In this document: positions 26,301 through 39,850 of the stretch, in pieces
How positions within the stretch are numbered: the first letter of the stretch is position 1
Layout: each line of letters starts with the position of its first letter
NCBI GenBank assembly: GCA_951406725.2
Contig: OX597829.1
Span: forward strand, 13,144,001 to 13,208,000
Direction of reading: 5' to 3'
From: Octopus vulgaris
Lineage: Eukaryota
Length of the DNA: 64,000 nt
Position numbers and translations under genes: made by a program
Notes under the pieces: model-generated
Database searches by the model: none
What the model saw: the letters and a program-made list of their open reading frames with translations, nothing else
Told to the model about the DNA's origin: nothing

Positions 26301-29300
26301 TGGTTTGTCGTATAGTTGTGCTGGTGTGATGCATGGTAGTGCTTGTGAGGTGTATGGTAATGCTGGTGTGATGCATGGTAGTGATCGTGTGATATATGGT
26401 TGTGCTGGTGTGATGTATGGTATAACTGGTGTGATGTATGGTAGTGCTAATGAGGTGAATGGTAGTGCTGGTGTGATGTATGGTTGTCTGGTTTGTTGTA
26501 TGGCATTGCTGGTGTAATGTATGGTAGTGCTGGTGTGAAGTATGGTAGTGCTGGTGTGATGTATGGTACTGCTGGTGAGGTGCATAATAGTGCTGGTGAG
26601 ATGTTTGGTATGGATGGTGTGATGTATGGTAATGCTGGTGTGATGTATGGTAGTGCTGGTGAGGTTTAGGTAGTGCTGGTGTAATGTATGGTAGTGCTGG
26701 TGTTATGTATAGTAGTGCTTGTGTGATATATGGTAGTGCTGGTAGTGCTGGTGTATGTTAGTGCTGGTGAGGTGCATAGTAGTGCTGGTGTGATGTATGG
26801 CAGTGCTGGTGCGATGTATGGCTGTGCTGGTGTGATATATGGTTGTGCTGGTGTGATGTATGGTAGTGCTGGTGTGATGCATGGTAATTCTGGTGAGGGG
26901 TATTTTAGTGTTGGTGTGATGTATGGTAGTGCTTGTGTGATATATGGTTGTGTTGTTGTGAAGTATGGTAGTGCTGGTGTGATGTATGGTACAGCTGGTG
27001 AGGTGCATAATAGTGCTGGTGAGATGTTTGGTATGGATGGTGTGATGTATGGTAGTGCTGGTGAGGTTTAGGTAGTGCTGGTGTGATGTTTTATAGTGCT
27101 GGTGTGATGTATGGTAGTGCTGGTGTGATGTATGGTAGTGCTAGTGTGATGTATGGTTGTGCTGGTCTGATGTATGGAAGTGCTGGTGTGATGTATGGTA
27201 GTGCTGGTGTGAAGTATGGTAGTGCTGGTGAGATGTATGTTAGTGTTGGTGTGATGTATGTTATTACTGGTGTGAAGTATGGTAGTGCTGGTGTGTTGTA
27301 TGGTAGTGCTGGTGAGGTGCATGTTAGTGCTGGTGTTATGTATGGTAGTGCTGGTGAGGTGCATGTTAGTGCTGGTGTGTTGTATGGTAGTGCTGGTGTG
27401 ATGTATGGTTGTGCTGGTGAGGTGCATGGTAATGCTGGTGTTATGTCTGGTAGTGCTGTTGTGATGTATGGTAGTGCTGGTGTGATGTATGGTAGTGCTG
27501 GTGTGATGCATCGTAGAGCTCGTGTGATATATGGTTGTGCTGGTGTGATGTATGGTAGTGCTGGTGTGTTTGATGTATGGTAGTGCTGGTGTGATATATG
27601 GTAGTGCTGGTGTGATGTATGTTAGTGCTGGTGTGAAGTATGGTAGTGCTGTTGTGATTGTGCTGGTGTGATGTATGGTAGTGCTGGTTTGATGTATGAT
27701 AATGCTGGTGAGGTGCATGTTAGTGCTGGTTTGATGTATGGTAGTGCTGGTGTGATGTATGTTAGTGCTGGTGTGAAATATGGTAGTGCTGGTGTGATGT
27801 ATGGTAGTGCTGGTATGATGTATGGTAGTGCTGTTGAGGTTCATGGTAGTGCTGGTGTGCTGTATGATTGTGCTGGTTTGATGTATGGTCGTGTTTATGT
27901 GTTGTATGGTAGTGCTGGTGTGATGTATGGTAGTGCTGGTGTGATGTATGGTAGTGCTGGTGTGATGTATGGTAGTGCTGGTGTGATGTATGTTATTACC
28001 GGTGTGATGTATATTAGTGCTTGTTTGATGTAGGTAGTGCTGGTGTGATGCATGGTAGTGCTCGTGTTATATATGGTTGTGCTGGTGTGATGTATGTTAG
28101 TGCTGGTGTGATGTAGTGTAGTGCTGGTGTGATGTATGGTAGTGCTGGTGTGATGTATGGTAGTGCAGGTGAGGTGCATGGTAGTGCTGGTGTGGCGTAT
28201 GCTAGTGCTCGTGAGGGGCATGGTAGTGCTGGTGTGATGTATTGTAGTGCTGGTGTGAAGTATGGTAGTGCTGGTGAGGTGCATGTTAGTGCTGGTGTGA
28301 TGTATGGTAGTGCTGGTGTGATATATGGTTGTGCTGGTTTGATGTACGTTAGTGCTGGTTTGATGTATAATAGTGCTGGTGTGATGTATGTTAGTGCTGG
28401 TTTGAGGTATGGTAGTGCTGGTGTGATGTATGGTAGTGCTGGTTTGATGTATTGTTAGTGCTGGTGTGAAGTGCATGGTAGTGTTGGTGAGGTGGATGTT
28501 AGTGCTGGTGTGATGTATGGTAGTGCTGGTGTGATATATGGTTGTGCTGGTTTGATGTACGTTAGTGCTGGTTTGATGTATAATAATGCTGTTCAGGTGC
28601 ATGTTAGTGCTGGTTTGAGGTATGGTAGTGCTGGTGTGATGTATGGTAGTGCTGGTGATGTGCATGTTAGTGCTGGTGTGATGCATGGTAGTGGTGTGAT
28701 GTATGGTAATGCTGGTGTGATGTATGGTATGATGGTGTGATGTATGGTAGTGCTAATGAGGTGAATGGTAGTGTATGGTGTGATGTGAATGGTAGTGCTG
28801 GTGTGATGTATGGTAGTGCTGGTGTAATGTATGGTAGTGCTGGTGTGAAGTATGGTAGTGCTGGTGTGATGTATGGTACTGCTGGTGAGGTGCATAATAG
28901 TGCTGGTGAGATGTTTGGTATGGATGGTGTGATGTATGGTAGTGCTGGTGTGATGTATGGTAGTGCTGGTGAGGTTTAGGTAGTGCTGGTGTGATGTTTT
29001 ATAGTGCTGGTGTGATGTATGGTAGTGCTGGTGTGATGTATGGTAGTGCTGGTAGTGCTGGTGTATGTTAGTGCTGGTGAGGTGCATAGTAGTGCTGGTG
29101 TGATGTATGGTAGTGCTGGTGCGATGTATGGCTGTGCTGGTGTGATATATGGTTGTGCTGGTGTGATGTATGGTAGTGCTGGTGTGATGCATGGTAATTC
29201 TGGTGTGAAGTATGGTAGTGCTGGTGTGTTGTATGGTAGTGCTGGTGAGGTGCATGTTAGTGCTGGTGTTATGTATGGTAGTGCTGGTGTGATGTATGGT

Positions 29301-32300
29301 ACAGCTGGTGGTGATGCATAATAGTGCTGGTGAGATGTTTGGTATGGATGGTGTGATGTATGGTAGTGCTGGTGTGATGTATGGTAGTGCTGGTGAGGTT
29401 TAGGTAGTGCTGGTGTGATGTTTATGGTAGTGCTGGTGTGATGTATGGTAGTGCTGGTGTGATGTATGGTAGTGCTAGTGATGTAGTGCTGGTGTGATGT
29501 ATGGTAGTGCTGGTGAGGTATGTAGTGCTGGTGAGATGTTGTAGTGTGTTGTTTTATGTATGGTAGTGCTGGTGTGTTGTATGGTAGTGCTGGTGAGGTG
29601 ATGTAGTGCTGGTGTGATGTATGGTAGTGCTGGTGAGGTGCATGTTAGTGCTGGTGTGTTGTATGGTAGTGCTGGTGTGATGTATGGTTGTGCTGGTGAG
29701 GTGCATGGTAATGCTGGTGTTATGTCTGGTAGTGCTGTTGTGATGTATGGTAGTGCTGGTGTGACGAATGGTAGTGCTGGTGTGATGCATCGTAGAGCTC
29801 GTGTGATATATGGTTGTGCTGGTGTGATGTATGGAATGCTGGTGTGTTTGATGTATGGTAGTGCTGGTGTGATATATGGTTGTGCTGGTGTGATGTATGT
29901 TAGTGCTGGTGTGAAGTATGGTTGTGCTGTTGTGATTGTGTGCTGGTGTGATGTATGGTAGTGCTGGTGTGATGTATGTTAGTGCTGGTGAGGCTTGCAT
30001 GTATGGTAGTGCTGGTATGATGTATGGTAGTGCTGTTGTGATGTATGGTAGTGCTGGTGTGCTGTATGATTGTGCTGGTGTGATGTATGGTCGTGCTGGT
30101 GTGATGTATGGTAGTGCTGGTGTGATGTATGGTAGTGCTGGTGATGTATGGTAGTGCTGGTGTGATGTATGGTAGTGCTGGTGTGATGTATGGTAGTGCT
30201 GGTGTGATGTATGGTAGTGCTAGTGTGATGTATGGTAGTGCTGGTGTGATGTATGGAAGTGCTGGTGTGATGTATGGTAGTGCTGGTGTGATGTATGGTA
30301 GTGCTGGTGTGATGTATGTTAGTGTTGGTGTGATGTATGTTATTACTGGTGTGAAGTATGGTAGTGCTGGTGTGTTGTATGGTAGTGCTGGTGAGGTGCA
30401 TGTTAGTGCTGGTGTTATGTATGGTAGTGCTGGTGAGGTGCATGTTAGTGCTGGTGTGTTGTATGGTAGTGCTGGTGTGATGTATGGTAGTGCTGGTGAG
30501 GTGTATGGTAGTGCTGGTGTGATGTATGGTAGTGCTGTTGTGATGTATGGTAGTGCTGGTGTGACGAATGGTAGTGCTGGTGTGATGCATGGTAGTGCTG
30601 GTGTGATATATGGTTGTGCTGGTGTGATGTATGGAATGCTGGTGTGTTTGATGTATGGTAGTGCTGGTGTGATATATGGTTGTGCTGGTGTGATGTATGT
30701 TAGTGCTGGTGTGAAGTATGGTAGTGCTGTTGTGATTGTGCTGGTGTGATGTATGGTAGTGCTGGTTTGATGTATGATAATGCTGGTGAGGTGCATGTTA
30801 GTGCTGGTTTGATGTATGGTAGTGCTGGTGTGATGTATGGTAGTGCTGGTGTGATGTATGGTAGTGCTGGTGTGATGTATGGTAGTGCTGGTATGATGTA
30901 TGGTAGTGCTGTTGAGGTTCATGGTAGTGCTGGTGTGCTGTATGATTGTGCTGGTTTGATGTATGGTCGTGTTTATGTGTTGTATGGTAGTGCTGGTGTG
31001 ATGTATGGTAGTGCTGGTGTGATGTATGGTAGTGCTGGTGTGATGTATGGTAGTGCTGGTGTGATGTATGTTATTACCGGTGTGATGTATATTAGTGCTT
31101 GTTTGATGTAGGTAGTGCTGGTGTGATGCATGGTAGTGCTCGTGTTATATATGGTTGTGCTGGTGTGATGTATGTTAGTGCTGGTGTGATGTAGTGTAGT
31201 GCTGGTGTGATGTATGGTAGTGCTTGTGTGCTGTATGTTAGTGCAGGTGAGGTGCATGGTAGTGCTGGTGTGGCGTATGCTAGTGCTCGTGAGGGGCATG
31301 GTAGTGCTGGTGTGATGTATTGTAGTGCTGGTGTGAAGTATGGTAGTGCTGGTGAGGTGCATGGTAGTGCCAGTGTGCTGTATGGTAGTGCTGGTGTGAT
31401 GTATTGTAGTGCTGGCGTGATGTATGGTAGTGCTGGTGTGATATATGTATGTGCTGGTGTGTCGTATGGTAGTGCTGGTGTGATGCATGGTAGTGCTGGT
31501 GAGCTGTATGGTAATGCTGGTGTGATGTATGGTAGTGCTTGTGTGATTTATGGTTGTGCTTGTGTGATGTATGTTAGTGCTGGTGTGATGTATGGTATTA
31601 CTGGTGTGATGTATGATAGTGCTGGTGAGGTTCATGGTAGTGCTGGTGTGATGTATGATTATGCTGGTGAGGTTCATGGTTGTGCTTGTTTGATGTATGG
31701 TCGTGCCGGTATGATGTATGGTAGTGCTGGTGAGGTGAATGGTAGTGCTGGTGTGATGTATGGTTTTGTTTGTGTGGTGCATGTTAGTGCTGGTGTGAAG
31801 TATGGTAGTGCTGGTGTGATGTATGATAGTGTTGGTGCATGATAGTGCTGGTGTGAAGTATGTTAGTGCTGGTGTGATGTATGTTAGTGCTGTTGTGATG
31901 TATGGTAGTGCTGGTGTGCTGTATGATAGTGCTGGTAAGGTGCATGTTAGTGCTGGTGTGATGTATGTTAGTGCAGATGTGATTCATCGTACTGCTCGTG
32001 CGATATATGGTTGTGCTGGTGTGATGTATGGTATTACTGGTGTGATGTATGGTAGTGCTGGTGAGGTGCATTGTAGTGCAGGTGTGATGTATGGTAGTGC
32101 TGGTGAGGTGCATGGTAGAGCTGGTGTGATGTATGGTAGTGCTGGTGTGATTTATGTAGTGCTGGTGAGGTGCATGTTAGTGCTGGTGTGATGTATGTTA
32201 GTGCTGGTGTGATGTATGGTAGTGCTGGTGTGCTGTATGATAGTGCTGGTAGGGTGCATGTTAGTGCTGGTGTGATGTATGGTAGTGCTGGTGTGACGTT

Positions 32301-35300
32301 TGGTATTACTGGTGTGATGTATGGTAGTGCTGGTTTGCTGTATGGTTGTGCTGGTCTGATCTATGGTAGTGCTGGTGTGATGTTTGTTAGTGCTTCTGTG
32401 GTATATGTAAGTGCTGGTGTGACGTATGGTAGTGCTGGTGTGATGCATGGTAGTGCTGGTGATGTGTATGGTAGTGCTGGAGAGTTGCATCGTAGTTTTT
32501 GTGTGAAGTATTGCAGGGCTTGTAAGGTGCATGGTGTAGCTGGTGTGATGTATCGTAGTGCTGGTGTGATGTATGGTAGTGCTTGTGTGATGTATGGTAG
32601 TGCGGCTGTGATGTATGATAGTGCTGGTGTGATGTATGGTAGTGCTGGTGTGATGTATGATAGTTGTGCTGGTGTGATGTATGGTAGTGCTAGTCTGAAG
32701 TATTGTAGTGCTAGTGTGAAGAATGGCAGTGTGGGTGAGTCGCTTGGTTGTGATGGTGTGAAGTAAGGTAGTGCTGGTGTGATGTATGGTTGTGCTTGTT
32801 TGATGCATGGTAGTGATGGTGTGATGTATGGTAGAGCTAGTGTGATGTGTTGTAGTGCTGGTTTGATGTATGGTAGTGATCGTGTGATGTTTTGTAGTGC
32901 TGGTGTGATGTATGGTAGTGCTGGTGTGATATATGGTAGTGCTGAGGAGGTGCATGGTAGTGCTGGTGTGATGTATGGTAGTGCTGGTGTGATATATGGT
33001 AGTGCTGAGGAGGTGCATGGTAGTGCTGGTGGGATGTATGGTAGTGCTGGTGTGATGTATTGTAGTGCTGGTGTGATGTATGGCATTGTTTTTGTGATGT
33101 ATTTTAGTGCTGGTGTGATGTATGGTAGTGCTGGTGAGGTGCATGTTAGTACTGGTGAGGTGTATGGTAATGCTGGTGTGATGTATGGTAGTGCTTGTGT
33201 GATTTATGGTTGTGCTGGTGTGATGTATGTTAGTGCTGGTGTGATGTATGGTATTACTGGTGTGATGTATGATAGTGCTGTTGTGATGTATGTTAGTGCT
33301 GGTGTGATGCATGGTAGTGTTCGTGTGATATATGGTGGTGCTCGAGTGATATATGGTTGTGCTGGTGTGATTTACGGTATCACTGGTGTGATGTATGGTA
33401 GTGCTGGTGAGGTGCATGGTAGTGCTGGTGTTATGTATGGTAGTGCTGCTGGATGTATGTTAGTGCTGGTGAGGTGCATAGTAGTGCTGGTGTTATGTAT
33501 GGCAGTGCTGGTGTGATGTATGGTAGTGCTGGTGTGATATATGGTTGTGCTGGTGTGATGTATGGTAGTGCTGGTGTGATGCATGGTAATTCTGGTGAGG
33601 GGCATTGTAGTGATGGTGCGATGTATGGTAGTGCTGGTGTGATATATGGTTGTGCTGTTGTGAAGTAGTGTAGTGCTGGTGTGATGTATGGTAGTGCTGG
33701 TGTGATGTATGATAGTGCTGGTGTGATATATGGTTGTGCTGGTGTGATGTACGGTAGTGCTGGTGTGCTGTATGGTAGTGCATGTTTGATATATGTTTGT
33801 GCTGGTGTGATGTTTGTAGTACTGGTGTGATATATGGTAGTGTCGTTGTGATATTTGGTAGTGCTGGTGTGATGTATGGTAGTGCTTGTGTTTATGCTAG
33901 TGCTGGTGTGATGTATGGTAGTGCTGGTGAGGATTATGGTAATGCTGGTGTGATGTATGGTAATGCTCGTGTGATGTAGGGATTGTGCTGGTGAGGTGCA
34001 AGATAGTGCTGGTTTGATGTATGGTAATGCTGGTATGATTTATCTTAGTGCTTGTGTGATGTATGGTAGTGCTGTTGTGATGTCTAGTAATGCTGCTGTG
34101 AAGTATGGTTGTGCTGGTATGAAGTATGGTAGTACTGGTGTGATGTATGGTAGTGCTGGTGAGGTGCATGGTAGTGCTGGTGTAATCTATGGAAGTGCTG
34201 GTGTGATATATGCTAGCGCTGGTGTGATGTTTGTTAGTGCTGGTGTGATGTATGGTAGTGGTTGTGTGATGTATGGTAGTGCTGGTGTGATGTAAGTTAG
34301 TGCTGGTGTGATGTATGGTAGTGCTGGTGAGGTGCATGGTAGTGCTGGTGTGGTGTATGGTAGTGCTCGTGAGGTGCATGGTAGTGCTGGTGTGATATAT
34401 GGTAGTGCTGGTGTGATGTAAGTTAGTGCTGGTGTGATGTATGGTAGTGCTAGTGTGAAGTACTGTAGTGCTGATGTGAAGAATGGCAGTGTGGATGAGG
34501 TGAATGTTTGTGCTTGTGCGGTGCATGGTAGTGCTGGTGTGATGTATGATAGTGCTGGTGTGGTGCATGTTTGTGCTGGTGTGATGTATGGTAGTGCTTG
34601 TGTGCTGTATGTTCGTGCAGGTGAGGTGCATGTTAGTGCTTGTGTGGTGTATGTTAGTGCTCGTGAGGTGCATGGTAGTGCTGGTGTGATGTATTGTAGT
34701 GCTGGTGTGAAGTATGGTAGTGCTGGTGAGGTGCGTGTTAGTGCTGGTGTGATGTATGGTAGTGCTGGTGTGATGTATGGTAGTGCTTGTGTGCTGTATG
34801 TTAGTGCAGGTGAGGTGCAAGGTAGTGCTGGTTTAGTGTATGGTAGTGCTCGTGAGGTGCATGGTAGTGCTGGTGTGATGTATGGTAGTGCTGGTGTGAA
34901 GTATGGTAGTGCTGGTGAGGTGCATGTTAGTGCTGGTGTGATGTATGGTAGTGCTGGTGTGATGTATGGTTGTGCTGGTGTGATGTATGTTAGTGCTGGT
35001 TTGATGTATAATAATGCTGGTGAGGTGCATGTTAGTGCTGGTTTGATGTATGGTAGTGCTGGTGTGTCGTATGGTAGTGCTGGTGTGATGCATGGTAGTG
35101 CTGGTGAGGTGTATGGTAATGCTGGTGTGATGTATGGTAGTGCTCGTGTGATTTATGGTTGTGCTGGTGTGATGTATGTTAGTGCTGGTGTGATGTATGG
35201 TGTTACTGGTGTGATGTATGATAGTGCTGTTGTGATGTATGTTAGTGCTGGTGTGATGCATGGTAGTGCTCGTGTGATATATAGTTGTGCTCGTGTGATA

Positions 35301-36612
35301 TATGGTTGTGCTGGTGTGATGTATGGTATTACTGGTGTGATGTATGGTAGTGCTGGTGAGGTGCATGGTAGTGCTGGTGTGGTGTATGGTAGTGCTGGTT
35401 TAATGTATGGTATTGCTGGTGTAATGTATGGTAGTGCTGGTGTTATGTATGGTAGTGCTGCTGGATGTATGTTAGTGCTGGTGAGGTGCATAGTAGTGCT
35501 GGTGTTATGTATGGCAGTGCTGGTGTGATGTATGGTAGTGCTGGTGTGATATATGGTTGTGCTGGTTTGGTGTATGGTAGTGCTGGTGCGATTCATGGTA
35601 ATTCTGGTGAGGGGCATTGTAGTGATTGTGTGATGTATGGTAGTGCTGGTGTGATATATGGTTGTGCTGTTGTGAAGTAGTGTAGTGCTGGTGTGATGTA
35701 TGGTAGTGCTGGTGTGATGTCTGATAGTGCTGGTGTGCTATATGTTTGTGCTGGTGTGATGTATGGTAGTGCTGGTGTGATGCATGGTAGTGCTGGTGTG
35801 ATGTATGGTAGTGCTGGTTTGATGTATGGTAGTGCTGGTGTGCTCTATGGTAGTGCATGTTTGATATATGGTAGTGCTGGTGTGATGCATGGTAGTGCTG
35901 GTGAGGTGCATGTTAGTGCTGGTGTTATATATGGTAGTGCTGGTGTGATATATGGTTGTGCTTGTGTGATGTATGTTAGTGCTTGTGTGATTTATGGTAG
36001 TGCTGCTATGATGTATTGTAGTGCTGATGTGATGCATGGTATTGCTGGTGAGGTGCATGGTAGTGCGTGTGTACTGTATGGTAGTGCTAGTGTGATGTAT
36101 GTTTGTGGTTGTGTTAGGTATGGTATTGCTGGTGTGATTCATGGTAGTGTTGGTGAGGTACATGGTACTGCTGGTGTGATATATGTTAGTGTTGTTGTGA
36201 TGTATGGTAGTGCTGGTGTGATGTATGGTATTACTGGTGTGAAGTATGGTAGTGCTGGTGTGCTGTATGGTAGTGCTGTTGTGATGTATGATAGTGCTGG
36301 TGTGATGTATGGTAGTGCTGGTGTGATGTATGGTAGTGCTGGTGTGATGTGTGGTAGTGCTAGTAAGGTGCATGTTAGTGCTGTTGTGATGTATGGTAAT
36401 GCTGGTGTGATATATGGTTGTGCTGGTGTGATGTATGATAATGCTGGTTTGATATATGTTAGTGCTGTTGTGATGCATGGTTGTGCTGGTGTGATGTATG
36501 GTATTCCTGGTGTGATGTATGGTTGTGCTTGTGTGATGTATGGTAGTGCTGGTGTGATATATGTTTGTGCCGGTGTGGAGCATGGTAGTGCTGGTTTGAT
36601 GTGTGGCAATGC
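8360..36612. repeat. ~28-kb tandem satellite, 21-bp unit GGTGTGATGTATGGTAGTGCT (about 1,340 units by length); main variant GGTGAGGTGCATGGTAGTGCT
   Basis: Direct reading. The 7-aa periodicity appears in four frames (GVMYGSA, STTIHHT, ALPYITP, HYHTSHQ). Left edge degenerate (8360-9040), right edge abrupt. Confidence 0.98.
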
Positions 36613-37194
36613 AGGTCCCAATTAGTGGGACTCTCTACTCTATAAATCTGTAGATTGATATTTTATGCTTCGTATCGTTCGCCTTTCCAAGCCAAAATAG
36701 TTTGAAGGTATCAGACTCCACCATTAGCCATAATGATATTATAAATTTTGAAAGCTCATATGAAAGTTTTAAAGTTTTATTACGAGTCAAAATAATCACT
36801 GACTTACAGTTTTGTGAAGAGTTCTTAAAACAGACTTATTTATCTGAGAAGACTTTGAAAATCATTTCAAACTAATGGTTTTTATAACGTAATTTTCTAT
36901 AGATAACATTGGCAAACCACTTAGTCTCTCTTGTGAAATTGTTGACCCTAGGTATGTTTTAATAAGTTTTAGGCTTGAAAAGCATTTTTTACCTGATGCA
37001 TTTTTAAGTAAATCCTCAAAGCAATAAAAATATTAGGAAATGTTGAATTCATCATAGCGTCTTTCGTTCGATTTTGTGCACAGAGCCCTCTCTCGGTGTG
37101 GGGTTAAATTTGAAAAAATATGTCCATTTGGCTTAGACTAGCCCTGTCTAACACCAATACCGCCATCATCATCAGAAACCTTATTACCGCCACC

Positions 37195-37284
<90 letters not shown>

Positions 37285-37288
<4 letters not shown>

Positions 37289-37718
37289 TGTTATATTTCG
37301 GAATGGTCATATTGCCAGTTTAGCCAATAAAAACACACGCACTATATATTTGGTGTTATTTTGCTTCAGTGATATTTATTTTTTACATTAATCTTAATCT
37401 TATTTCGGCCAGAGTTCTTTCGTCACACACACACTAAATAAATATAGACGCACATAGAGATATAAGCATGCGCAAATGAAGCCATACAATAGAAATACAA
37501 AATGCCTGACGGTTAGTAAGGAGAGACACAAATACGAAAGAAGAAAACAAAGGACCACTGATGCGGTCACAGGAGTGTGACGAAAGAACTCTGGCCGAAA
37601 TAAGATTAAGATTAATGTAAAAAATATATATCCCTGAAGCAAAATAACACCAAATATATAGTGCGTGTGTTTTTATTGGCTAAACTGGCAATATGATCAT
37701 TCCGAAATATAACAATAT
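37285..37718. repeat. Long inverted repeat (144-bp arms at 37285-37428 and 37575-37718, 146-bp spacer) next to (TA)n
   Basis: atattgttatatttcggaatg...ttcgtcacac is the near-perfect reverse complement of gtgtgacgaa...ccgaaatataacaatat. Confidence 0.9.
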
Positions 37719-37775
37719 CTGTTTCAACACACGACTTCACATAAAAAATCTTGCACAACAAAGCCCTGCCAATAT

Positions 37776-37851
<76 letters not shown>

Positions 37852-37880
37852 GTATATATATATATGTATATGTATATATA

Positions 37881-38080
37881 TAGAGTGGTTGTATACTGTC
37901 AACTTAACGTGACAGTCCTTTAAGGGAATTACACTACCGCCGTTTAGCCCTAGGGAGCATCGACGCTTCCTGTCGGCCTTGACACATTTCCTGTGTCCTT
38001 ATATATTTACGAAGGGGAGACAAATACCCCCCACAACAGGCCTAGCTGTCACGTTGTGCTGACAGTATACAATCACACTA
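37881..38080. mobile_element. Short element with ~35-bp imperfect terminal inverted repeats between (TA)n tracts (MITE-like or PLE inversion remnant)
   Basis: tagagtggttgtatactgtcaac..acgtgacag / ctgtcacgt..tgacagtatacaatcacacta. Confidence 0.55.
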
Positions 38081-38130
38081 TCGCCCCACCACCGTACATA
38101 TCTCTTTGAGATATTTAGAAATTTAATATT

Positions 38131-38230
<100 letters not shown>

Positions 38231-38293
38231 ATATGTATATATGTATATATGTATATATATGCATCTATATATACATATATATAATATAATATT

Positions 38294-38326
<33 letters not shown>

Positions 38327-38949
38327 TATATATATACATATATATATATATATGTATATATATATATGTATCTACATATACTCACACATACATTCAACAC
38401 ATACATGCACACACACACATAGATACACACACACATACACATAAGCATATACGCGCAGCATACACTCATAAACCAATTCATGTTCTGCTATGACGTACGA
38501 AGACAAAAGTCCTTGTTTACGCACGACACTTTTGCCCTAGTTTAAGCACAACTGCAAGAACAATGATATTTCTTTGAAACCCGATGCTACATATAGCATA
38601 ACAGCTTCCTTTTTAAATACATTTCTTTATTCTTACCTTTAACCAGATAACAACCTACAGAATAATAAAACAAATGACTATTTTTACTTGAAGTCACATA
38701 GATTTAACTGCAAACTTTTTCTTAGAATTTATAATACATTTTAGATTTTCCATTAGTTTCCTTTGATGGGCAGTCAACAAAACAAGATATACAGGCAGAC
38801 ACAGCTGTGTGCTTAACATTTTTCGATTCCAAAACTCACAAGTTACAAAAGTTTCTAAGTGACTGTTTTAGTTCATAGCTTTCATTCGTGAGTTTTGAGG
38901 AGTGAGGTATTGTCTTTCGGTTTCTCTGTTCTAGATGAAACGTCAAATT

Positions 38950-39295
38950 CTAATATTTTATCCACCCCGAAAGGATGAAAAGTTATATAGACCTCGGACG
39001 AATTTGAACTTATAGAGGGACGGAATGCTATTATATATTTTACCCGGCGTGCTAAAGATTCTGCCAACTCGCCGCCTTTTTTGCTGCTATAATACATTCC
39101 TTTCACATTTTGGCACAATGTCAGCAATTTCGGGGCAGGGCGTAAGTCAATTACATCGATCTTAATGTCCAACTTGTACTTATGTTATCGACCGCGAAAG
39201 AATGAGAGACAAAGCCGACCTCGGCGGAATTTGAACACTGAACGGTAAAGACAGACGAAATACCGCTAAGCATTTCTGCCAGCTCGCTACCTTAA
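38950..39295 (-). mobile_element. Two tandem SINE copies, same family as 54959-55189
   Basis: Reverse complement of ggcgagctggcagaa...ttcaaattccgccgaggtcg...cctttc appears twice. Confidence 0.8.
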
Positions 39296-39850
39296 ACGAA
39301 CTTAATGTATTACTTGTAGTTATTCGATTGATAAATACATGCAATGGGAGCCTCTAGATGAATAAACGGCCAACTTGATCTGGATTGAAGGTAGCCACTG
39401 TATCAAGTACGGGGAACGTTTTTTCTTTCTTTTTTTGTGTGCCAGAGACAAACATTTTCAGTACCAGCTTGTGCAGGGAAAATTATTCTTAATTTTTACG
39501 AATTCTTATGCAAACGATAATATAATATTTTAATTATAAAAAACAGTTAAAATGATTTATCTTTCATGTGTTTCATTTACTAGACTGCGGCTATGCTAGA
39601 GTACAGACTTGAAGAACTTTGTAGCCGAATGAATCGATTTCAATAGATATTTTAAAACTGGTACATATTCCATCGGTCTCTATTTTCATATATACAGATG
39701 TGTATATATATATATATATATATAACTTATAAAATAATGGCAAAAGAAAAATTCTAATGCCAAATATGCTAAAAATAGACAAAATTGTCAATAACCATTA
39801 TAATTTATGCCTCTCGAAACAAGCCGAAAGAAATTATTAAAAAATTCCGT

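Noticed and set aside
29280-29640. Irregular short units as a distinct sub-repeat
   Set aside because: Dense unshared indels look more like poor consensus quality than biology; needs reads.
8360-36612. CRISPR array, telomere or G-quadruplex array
   Set aside because: No unique spacers, eukaryotic context, unit is not TTAGGG, and the consensus has no GGG runs.
36615-36631. gtccca-attag-tgggac hairpin at the array end as a Helitron terminus
   Set aside because: No CTRR at the expected distance and only a 6-bp stem.
37555-37615. Hammerhead at ctgatgcggtcac..gtgacgaaa / tggccgaaa
   Set aside because: Core is CUGAUGC (A9 lost) and I cannot form convincing stems I and III.
38000-38050. Hammerhead at ttacgaagggg..cccccacaacaggcct
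   Set aside because: Stem II and a palindrome are present but both core strands are mutated; too weak without a consensus.
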